A stretch of 64,000 bases of DNA, taken from Octopus sinensis (Eukaryota). This document shows positions 27,001-38,700 of this stretch, one piece after another. Position 1 is the first letter of the stretch; every line of letters starts with the position of its first letter. The notes below the pieces were generated by a model. It did not search any database. It was not told where the DNA came from and saw only the letters and a program-made list of their open reading frames with translations. A program made the translations under genes and the position numbers. Location: the NCBI RefSeq assembly GCF_006345805.1, contig NC_042997.1, forward strand, positions 56,668,001 through 56,732,000, read 5' to 3'.

Positions 27001-30000
27001 GAAAGGGAGTGAGAGAAAGTAATAGCAATGAGTGAAAGAAAGAGGTGATAGATGAATAAAGAAAGGAGAGGTGAAAACAAAAACAGTATTTCAATTCTGT
27101 GTGAGTATGTGTGTGTGTACAAGAGAAGTATGTGAATGTTTGTATGTGTGGTTATTATGTACCCTATTTATATATAAAATACTACAATTAGCCGTCATTA
27201 TTGATGACACGTGGTCAGCTAGAAATTTATAATACATCTGCTGAAACATTTCACCACACATGATATTAGCTAAAGTCAGTGCATATAATTTATCTTTTAT
27301 TTGTTTCAGTCTTTGGAGTACAGTCATGTTGAAGGGTTTACTCAAACAAAACAGGCCCAGTACTTATTTTTATACCTGGTATTTATTCTATCAGTATCTT
27401 TTGTCGAATCATTAAGTTATGGAGATATAAACAAACACTGGTTGTCAAGTGGTGAGGGTGGCTGGCACAAATACACACACACACACACAATGGGCTTCCA
27501 CATAGTTTCTGTCTACCAAATTTATTCACACGGCATTCATCAGCCTAAGGCTGGAGACACTTGTCCAAGGAGCTGCACAATAGGACAGAACCTGAAACCA
27601 TGTAGTTACAAAATGAGCCTCTTAACCACACGGCCATGAGAAATATATTTCTGGGATTTCATTTCCTATAATTAGGGTTGCACATTATATACCAGGGCAT
27701 ATTATATAAGAATACAGTGACTAAATACTATAGGTACTCAACCAGTCAGTCCCACTTCCCACAAAACATGCTGATATATGGAACTGCAAAAATGTAACAA
27801 CAACTACAGTGACATCTATTTTTGCGAAAAGAGTTCAGTTTTTAATTAAGGGCACCACTGATGTAATATACCTTAAATACTTGACTGATACATATTTTGA
27901 TACTGCCAAGTGGCTATGTGGTAAGAAGTTTGCTTCTCAACCACATGGTTTCAAGTCCAGTTCCATTGTGTGACACTCAGGGCAAGTGTCTATTACTATA
28001 GGCCTGGACTGACCAAAGCCTTGAAAGTGGATTTAATAAATGGAATCTATAAGATGGTGAGCTGGCAGAAACGTTAGCACACCAGGCAAAATGCTTAGCG
28101 GTATTTCATCTGCCGTTACATTCTGAGTTCAAATTCCACTGAGGTCGACTTTGCTTTTCATCCTTTTGGGGTTGATAAATTAAGTACCAGTTACACACTG
28201 GGGTTGATGTAATTGACTTATTTCCTTTGTCTGTCCTTGTTTGTTCCCCTCTATGTTTAGCCCCTTGTGGGCAATAAAGAAATAGGAATCTATAAGAAGA
28301 CCAATGTATGTATGTATATGTATGTATGTGCCTGTTACTGTCTCCTTACTTTAAAATTGCATGGTAGTTGTAAATGAGTGTCACCATCATGCAAACAATG
28401 TCCTTCATTACCAAACATCTGTGAAAACATGTCTTGTCATTGAGAAATATTACCTTACTTGGAAAGAGGTGAGGGTTGGCAACGGGAAGGGCATCTGACC
28501 ACAGAAAATACATCTCCACAAATTCTGACAAATGTGTGCCTGTGCCGGTGGCACGTAAAAAGCACCCACTACACTCGCAGAGTGGTTGGCATTAGGAAGA
28601 GCATTCAGCTGTAGAAACACTGCCAGATCAGACCGGAGCCTGGTGCAGCCCTGGCTTCCCAGACCCCGGTCGAACCGTCCAACCCGTGCTAGCGCGGAAA
28701 ACGGATGTTAAACGATGATGATGATGTGTGCATGGAGAAGTGGGTGTTAAAACAATGATGATGATAAATTTGAATAATGATAATATTTTAATAATGATAT
28801 TTGAACTACTAATGAAATAGGGACATTCTTAGATTTGGAAACACAGTTTTATAGTAAAAATAAAAACTTCAATCTTTAAATAACGTAATTCATGCAAAGA
28901 TATAAAACATTAATACCCTTGAAATGAAGAAGTTTAAAGCAAAAATGTTCTTACCTACAGTCATGTGGCAAGTTTTGTCTCTTGTTAAATATTCAACAAC
29001 TGGGGTTGATACATAACCTGCTCCTAAGAGCAAACACTTTTTAGTTATTGAAGAGCTCAGTAATTTTGCTTTTTTAGCAGATCTAGACAAAAAAAAAAAA
29101 GAAGGAAAATTATGATATATAATAAACATTTCAATAAAAGCTAACTAAAAACTTAGCGCAAATTGTAATAAGAATTAAAGCATACAAAACTGAATTTTTA
29201 AATTTTAAAACAACTGAAGGGTAAGCTCAAAGTCAAGTCAGATCGGCAACTAGATTTTGATTGCCACTTTGGCCAATTATGGAATGTATCGGCAAATGCA
29301 GTTATGGCCCTTAAGTGAAGATACATGAGCTCTACCTGACTGAATTACTTGGTCACAATGCATCAAAACAGCTATAAACATTAGTGTACTCCTTACTTCT
29401 AATAATATTATTTTATTATATTAACTAAAACAACACACATGACCAATACAGTAGAGTGTCAGACAATACATTCAAAGTTCTTATACCACCTTGATCAAGT
29501 CTTTTACAAGATCTGTAGATATTGGTTTTCTTGCACACACACATATACATGTATATATGTGTGTATATATATATATATATAATGCCAGTGCCACCTGACT
29601 GGCTCTTGTGCTGGTGGCACACAATAAGTGCCATTCATGCATGGGTCGATGCCAGTGCTGACTGGCTCCCCGCACCGGTGGTACGTAAAAACCACCATCT
29701 GAATGTGGTTGATGCCAGCATCCTTGCCCCAACTGGTTCCGGTGGCGGTAGCATGTAAAAAGCACCATCCGAACGTGGCCGATGCCAGTGCTGCCAGCTG
29801 GCTCCCATGCCTGTGGCATGTAAAAAGCACCCACTACACTCTCGGAGTGGTTGGCGTTAGGAAGGGCATACAGCTGTAGAAACATTACCAGATCAGATTG
29901 GAGCCTGGTGTGGCCTCCTGGCTTGCCAATCCCCAGTCAAACTGTCCAACCCATGCCAGTATGGAAAACGGACATTAAACGATGATGATGATGATGTATA

Positions 30001-33000
30001 TATATATATGTATGTGTGAAATGTAACATGTATGGAATGGCACAACAATGCAGAGTGGACTATAATAACTGTTATAAATAATTTAATTATTCATAGTCTA
30101 ATATAATATTTTTGAATATAAAAATTCCTTCTTCAGATGTTGCTACGAATTTTTATATTCCGAAATATTATGTATAAAGATATATATGTATACATACATA
30201 TATGTCTATATGTATGGATATATATATATCCATGGTTATATATTAGTGTATATGTGTGCATGTACATATATACACATATTTATGTATGTGTGGGTGCATA
30301 TGTATATTTGATTATGTACGTGTATGTATGTTCCAGTGCTGAGTGGAACATACATACATGTTTATATATTTCTACCTTGAAGTCTGAGGTCTTATTGATC
30401 TTTTATGCTTTGGTTGACCATGCCTGCTCCTTGCTGGCTTTTCAGAGCAGAGTCAAGACTTTACACTAATTAAGATAGCAGCTTGGAAAATAGAATTGCT
30501 TCGACCGTCCTGCTCTTAGAATATCAATTCACCTATCCATTTTCTCTATAAATTTGATTGTCCTTTTTTAAAATATCACTTACTGATCATGTTAGTTGGT
30601 GGAAAGGTCATCTAGTTTTACCTTGCCTGGTTATACATGTTCAAAATGGTGGACTTTTGCTAAGATATAAACTAGCATCAACAAAATGTTACTAAAACAG
30701 CTGTGGTAAATTTTAAACCCATTTGTGTTCTTTCATATATATATATATAGTTTAATATGTACAGTATATAGTTACATACTGTGTACATTAAACAATATTT
30801 CTCTCACCAGATGGAGTACTTTTTGTTATAAATATTACCTGAAAGGAAATGTAAGACTATACACACATATATAGACACGGGAATGATTGTGTGGTTAAGA
30901 CAGACTTGAAACTACTTTGGACAGGTGTCTTCTATAATAGCCTAAAGCCAAGAAAAGCCTTGTTAGTGGATCTGGTAGACAGAAACTGAAAGAAGCCCAA
31001 AATATAACATAATGTGTGTTTGTGTCTCATTGTCTTGACATCATGCAATAGTTGTAAACAACTTACTGTCACACAAGCAGTGTTGTTCATTTCCAATCTT
31101 CATTGAAAACATGTCTACTCAAGGGAAAATATAACCTTGCTTGCAAATAAGTGAGGGTTGGTGACAAGAAAAGCAACCAACCATAGAAAATCTGCCATAA
31201 CTAATTCTATATGACTCGTACATTAAAATGATGACAATGATGTACTTATATATAAAAAGCACAGAGAGCAATGAAATTAGAAGTTAAAAATATTTATGAT
31301 CTTCAGAGAATTAGTAACATAATTAAAGTCAAGTGCTTCCAAATAAAAAAGAAGTGTGTAGACAACTTGTCAAAACTTCACTACTTCCTAAGAAACTAAT
31401 AATGACTTCGAACTTTAGCACAAGGACACACATATCAACTAGAATGGCAAGCTCAGCTGGGTCCTTGTTTATTGAAATAGCACGTATGGATACATTTAAA
31501 TTACTTTCACCTAATATAAACAAATGAGGAAATGTTTTCTACATAGTTGGTCAGTATGTGAATGTAATTTGCTCAGTAAGTATGACAGCCACTATTATTA
31601 GACATTTTGCTACTATAAACCTCTCTGAGAATGTATTTCTATTCTACTGATTCTAATTATAACTTGACTTGCATATAACCTAAATAATTTGCAAATGAAA
31701 ATAATTTAAATAGATGTGGAGTGGTTGGTGTTAAGAAGGGCATCCAACCATAAAGACAATGCCAAAACAGACAGCAAAGCTTGATCCAATCTTCAGCCTA
31801 GCCAGCTCCTGTCAAAGCATCCAACCCATACCATCATGGAAAGTGGATGTTAAATAACGACAATGATGATGAAACTTATTTAGCTTCAATAGTTTCCGAG
31901 ATATCAAGATAAATACTTCAAACTAGACAAAAATGAGTCAATAAGGAAGCTTCAACATGATTGCATGTATTTTTAGAAATAGCAGTTACATCCCCTACAA
32001 ATTATAACCATCTTACACAGGTTGTTGTATGTACACTTGATCACGAAATAAAAACAGGATGGCCACAACTGGAATACCTTTGATTATAGATCTGTTTGAC
32101 TAGAATTGATTGAGAGCTAAACTGGATAAAAAAGGAGGCAGCCAATTTCTTCAAAGATAGATTTAAGAATGATGGCAAGGTTTCTAATTTTTATTAAACC
32201 CTTCCTTACTAGGAAAAATAAAAATACAGAATTGGGATTTGAGCTCAGAACAACAGGACAATTAGAATTTAAGCTTTTCATTGTAAGAGAAGTTGAAACT
32301 TCATATCTTTTTCAATCTGGACCTGACTCAAAGTTATATTACTGCCAATAATGATTTCTTTATTAGATAGAAGGAATTTTACATAACACCAAAACTGGAA
32401 GGAATTTAGCAATATAGATGGCATTTTTTTTTCTTTTCTTTGTTGTTCCAGTAGGAGTTACTCCTTTATGCACTGTATTTGTTAGATGATGTCCCCTGAA
32501 TAAGAACATCATCATCATCGTTTAACGTCTGCTTTCCATGCTAGCATGGGTTGGACGATTTGACTGAGGACTGGCGAACCAGATGGCTGCACCAGGCTCC
32601 AATCTTGATCTGGCAAAATTTCTACAGCTGGATGCCCTTCCTAATGCCAACCATTCCGAGAGTGTAGTGGGTGCTTTTATGTGCCACCAGCATGAGGGCC
32701 AGTCAGGCGATACTGGCAATGGCCACGCTCAAATAGTGTTTTTTTTACATTTCACCCGCACAGGAGTCAGTCCAGCGGCACTGGCAACAACCTCACTCGA
32801 ATGCTTTTTTCACGTGCCACCAGCATTGGCAACAACCTCACTCAAATCCTTTTTTCATGTGCCACCAGCACAAGTGCCAGTAAGGCGACGCTGGTAACGA
32901 TCACGCTCGAATGGTACTTTTTACGTGCCACCGGCACAGAAGCCAGTTAGCTGCTCTGGCAACGATCACGCTCAGATGGTGTTCTTAGCGCTCCACTAGC

Positions 33001-35046
33001 ACGGATGCCAGTCATTGAAGCATTTTATATTGGGTTCATTTAACATATCAATTTATAAATTGCATCTACAATGGTTTCAGACTTATGATGGTATTTCATG
33101 AATCTTAAGAATCTTTCCTTTCACTTTTTTGCAGTTCTGATGTCACTTTAACATTTTTTTGTTGCATAACTAAAAAAAATGATCAGGTACATGATTCACA
33201 ATCTCTAGAAATTGTTCTGTTGGACAAAACTGTTGCATTCTTCCAGATGAGGTCAGAACATTCTTAAAAAAAAATAAAAAGGAAGTAGTACACAGATAAA
33301 ACCTAGTATCCAGTGCTGTTCTATTATATGTTGAACAATTGTTATGCATTTGGAATCAATGGCTTCATTTAAGTCTCAAACATAAATAAGCATGTGCTAG
33401 TACTGAATATCTGATGTCTAAAAGTTCATGTATGCTTTAATAATTTATATATAGTAAAAGTTTAATCGTAACATTGTTAGATCAAGAAAAGGCTTTAAAC
33501 TTTATTTTGGATTCTTGACCAAACATTATATCACAAGCATCTTTACTGGTTCCTTCTATACATTTTAAGCTAACCTCAAGTTGATCTAGTCCTCTGTGAA
33601 TTCCTTATTTAATACTTCTTAGGGTGTGCCAGTGAGAACAATCTGCAATGCATTCTTCTTATGTTACAGACCACTGCTCAATAATCTACGTTCCTAAATC
33701 AACTTTCAAAGTCAATGATATCCAAGAATGGAAATATATGCTTTTCCAGAGATACTTATATCATAATGTCATGTACACTCACTAAACAATATCTGCAGAC
33801 AATGTATTTACAAAACTTTATCCCCCAAAGACTCAATAAAAGGGCTACTGATGAGTAATTCACAAAATAAAATCTTTAAAAAACATGATGTTGCTCCACA
33901 AGAATTGAAATAAGTTTCTATTCATTCAGAGTATTTTCTTCATAAGGCACCTTGGACATAAGGGACTAAAATGTGATGTCATCATTGCTGCTATAAAGTA
34001 AATGAGCTTTTACTAATTAAAAATAAATAAACAATTGTGGTAATTCTTAATGTTGCTGCTGGTTAAGTCAACAAATTGACAATATGAGGACAATGGTTGC
34101 GAATCTGTCACTAACACTACCTACCTATATTCCTGACTATGATACTTGACACTAACTGGTCTATTTCATCAAATTGAAAATAATTACCAGGCAGATGAAT
34201 AATTCATCTTGGTAAAAAGCTGGGGCACTTTAAGTGAGAAATGTGTTGGTTAGATTGCAGTGTTGAGCTCATTCCTCTTTCCTTATTACAGATATTAGAT
34301 ACAAATATTACAATAACAATAATTTCTGCCATAGTAGAATTAAATGTCTTGCCTCAAGATATTTTAATTAAAACATTACCAAAAATCTTTCTTCCATGGT
34401 TGTTCAAATTCTGGCCCTTTGTCAAATGCATTCCCACCAACTTTAGTCAATCACCCTCACGTATAACCTATATTTTGCTCCATAAGCTATGATGACCAAC
34501 ACTTAGTGTCTGCCTTGCTTTGAGCACCAACTCCAGTCTACCAGTCTGATACAACTTCAAACGATGATGACAATGATGATTACCTGATCATGTAGTTCCC
34601 TGACATTTTTCTTGCTTTCTGTTTTAAGGAACAACACTGTGTTTGCATCAAAGAGAAGTTTTAGTAGGAAATGCACGACTAATATTCCATACTTTGAGAG
34701 GTGGCAATGGATTCTATGTTATTAAGGGGCACTGTATTTTACCTGGCAATTTGCTAAGACATAAAACCTAAAGGAAAAAAATTCTAATATTTCAGACATG
34801 TTCCTGGAAGCTAGTATGTAAATATTAATGACTTGTAAGGATGTGGTATTTCATTATGCAACCATAATATACTATAAAGTATATTAAACGTTTTTATGAG
34901 CCAATATCATGTTCTACATAGTTAGCATTGTGCTTTACATCACTTATTACGGTTATCTCTATATGTGTGTGTGTGTGATGTATGTATGTATGCATGCATG
35001 CATATATGTACGTACGTACGTATGTATCTATGTATGTGTGTGTGTG

Positions 35047-35087
<41 letters not shown>

Positions 35088-35706
35088 ACAAATATTGGAC
35101 AAAGATGTGTCTTCCATCTTGTCACAGTACAGGCAACCAGTCAAGAAGAACAATATCTCCAAACAAAAACTGACACAAGGGACAAGAATCATTATTCCTG
35201 CCACAGACAACTGTAGCACAATAAAATGCATTCAATCCACACTATAAGGTAATTAGGCATAAGATGAATACAGATACAAAAACAATACAAAAAAAACAAG
35301 ACGATCCTGACATACAGAGTAACAAAGATTGGCAGTTTACTCTGTTACTGTGTGTGTCAAACAACAAGGTAGAACAACTGGTGAGCTAATGAGGGACCCA
35401 TTCAACCTATGTCAGTATGGAAAAAATGATGTTTTATAACCACCTAGAATAATACAGCCATCTGAAAGTTTTGTTTCCTACTCTCACTATCAAAACACAA
35501 ACAGGAGTTCCAGATAAATATCTACAGTTGAATTATTTGTAAGGAATCAACTACAGTATATACTAGAACTGATCTTTTCAATCCTAGAAAGGGAGTGAGA
35601 AGCAAATCCCATTAGAGTTTGGACACAAAACATTGTGGCACAAATTTAGTTAGAGCAAAGCATTCATTCCAGTATTCTGCTGCATCATCTTTTGTTGCTC
35701 CTACTG

Positions 35707-35756
<50 letters not shown>

Positions 35757-38700
35757 AGTTCAGCAACAATTTAAATTCAAATGAATATGCTACTTAATTT
35801 AGATGCACCAGAATTTTTTATGCTGTTACCCATAAAAATATGCGGGGTGATTATAATAAAAAAATAAGCAACAAGAATGAATCCGGTAATTTAGTACAAT
35901 TGTTTCATACTACAACATTTTATTAAAAGCTGTAAATATTACTGCAGATTTAAGATGCCGAGTAATCTTCAGCTAATTTTATATAGGTTTTCCAATAATA
36001 TAAAGTTTTCAAATCAATTAATATTGATGTTATTAATTGATTTGAAAACTTTATATTATTGGAAAACCTATATAAAATTAGCTGAAGATTACTCGGCATC
36101 TTAAATCTGCAGTAATATTTACAGCTTTTAATAAAATATTGTAGTACGAAACAATTGTACTAAATTACCGGATTCATTCTTGTTGCTTATTTTTTGTGTA
36201 TATATATATATTAGATTATTTTATTTATTAGGGAATAAAAATTCCGGTGTCACAGGGATTCAAATAAAATGAATTATTCGTGATAAGGAAATAGATATTA
36301 TTTAGAGATAGAAGTCCTCATGCAAAACATCAAATCCTAATATACATCACACCATATAATAGAATTTTATTTTACTACTTACTACATCAGTTCCAAATTT
36401 CTCTGCTACACGTATTTCATGAGGTGCGTTTAACGTTCCTTATACACACAGTCTTTTACAGGAACATTTCTTAAACGCAACCCCATATAGAAATTGGTAT
36501 TGAATTATAATAAAGCTATTAAGAGGCCTGACGATTGGGGTTGTGTTTAAGAAATGTTCCTGTAAAAGATTGCGTGTTTAAGGAACGGTGAAACGCACCT
36601 CAAGAAACACATGTAGCAGAGAAATTTAGAAATGATTTGTAAGTATTAAAATAAAATTCTATTATATGGTGTGATGTATATTAGGATTTGATGTTTTGCA
36701 TGGGGACTTCTATCTCTAAATAACATATATATATGCACACTCATATTACTCATTAAATATGTATTCATATGCACAATTTTCATAATTTGAAGATGAAGAG
36801 ACCCTTATGGTTTCCTAATAGCAATTAAGATCATTATATTATTTGCTCCACATTGAGAGATGGTGGATGAGTGAGTACACATGCTCTAACTTTCTCTTCT
36901 CCAATGTTTATTTGAGTGTTTTCTTTTTCTTTCAGCTTGTGCACTTCGTTGAAAGTTTACGATCAAAGGAGAGACCTCATTGTTTGACCTACAGATGTTA
37001 TTAGCTGATTCTCATCAATTACAACAGGATGTTGGAAAGATGACATCAAGAACAAATTTTAAAGTGCTGTTCTCAGTCCATCAATTCATATTCTTAGGGT
37101 TTGCAGAAGTAACCTACTAATGGAAAAGGATCCCAGTAAAAAGAGGCCATAACAAAGTGTTGAGGTGTGTGGTCCATCAGCTGATACAATCTTGTACTCT
37201 TGTTTCACATGACTATGAAAAGTCAATCAAAGGCTAGTAGTATTCAGTTGGGGTTTCACATAGTAAATAGCATGCAGGTTTGTAAACCACTTCAGATGTG
37301 GTTTCCTCTTACCTCTTGGAGTAGGTTGAAATCCTAAAATTAAAACAATTATCAAGAATGATGCATGATGCAAACAATTAAACACAATACATCATTATCC
37401 ATTGTAAAAATGTCCCTGTTCCATCAAGCATTTAAAACATTTACATCAACATTATTCAAAAGATCTAAGACATAGTTTCTCTCTCACAGAAAAGTGAAAT
37501 CTCCATTATTCAGTTTAACTAACTCAACTACATACTGCAAGTCAACTTCAAATTAAACGGTTACGACTAAATCCAAACAGTCTACCAGTCCATTTAATTC
37601 TCTTCAATGAAAAAAAAATTTAGAATTTTTTTACTTTGATTAAAAGCTTCTTTTTACTACTGACTCACACAATTATTTTCTTTTTCAAATACATCTGCAT
37701 TGACCAAAGCCTTCAACATCTACAAACTTCAGCCAGCAGGTGAATTTTAAATGACCTGCAGTAGTTAATCTTTTGTCCTACTTATTCATAGGTGTCAGAC
37801 AGTCTGATATCCACAAAACACTGGTCTCTTCTATACTATCCATCTTAAATTCCACCTGTATTTCTACCTTTGCACTTACTAAAACTTTAAACTACACTTA
37901 TTAGAAACAAATATACTGTATAACAAATTTTCTGATTGCTCCTAACAGTAAATTTGCTTTATGCAAGACTTCTGCAAAGTAACCCAAAACATACTCAATA
38001 TAACCCTTGTTCACCTGTTTCAGGAACTAGAAAATCAATACCATGACGTGGTTTTCTGTAAATACCAATTATTCAGTGTAGTGTCAAAAGAACTCTCTAA
38101 TCCATTTCAAAATTCATTTCCATTAACTTCACATGATTTTCCTCTATTTCCACACTAAACTCAAATGGCTTTTTTTAACATTCATTCCCAATATTGAAAG
38201 CAACACCCATATCCCTTTTAATCAACTTCAGAGCACTCCAAAGACCTGTTATCAATCGCCACTGTTAACTTATTTGCTAATAAGACAAGCCTGTATTCCA
38301 GCACACATATTAAATGCAATACCTGTAGCAGGACCTACAAGCAAATAACCATTTCTTCCAGCAGTGTAAACTTTTATCATCTTCTAATGGAAATCTAATA
38401 AGCCAAAAATTAGTTTAAAATTTTTAAAGAACAAATGTTACTTTGTTCAAGAATAAAGAACTGCATCCCTGTTAGACATCTCTTAATTTCATATATCTTC
38501 ATTACATATTCTATGGTTCTCAATGAAAGTCTTGTAAATGTTCTTGAAAACTTCACATATGTCAAAACTACAGCAATGAAAATTCACTTTCTCTTTAGGG
38601 AAAAATATTTTAGCTTTGAGTAACTGTCAATTCTTAAGATAAAATATTTCTTCCTAATTAAATGTGGTGCTTGAGCTTGCTGTGCAACATCCCTACATTA

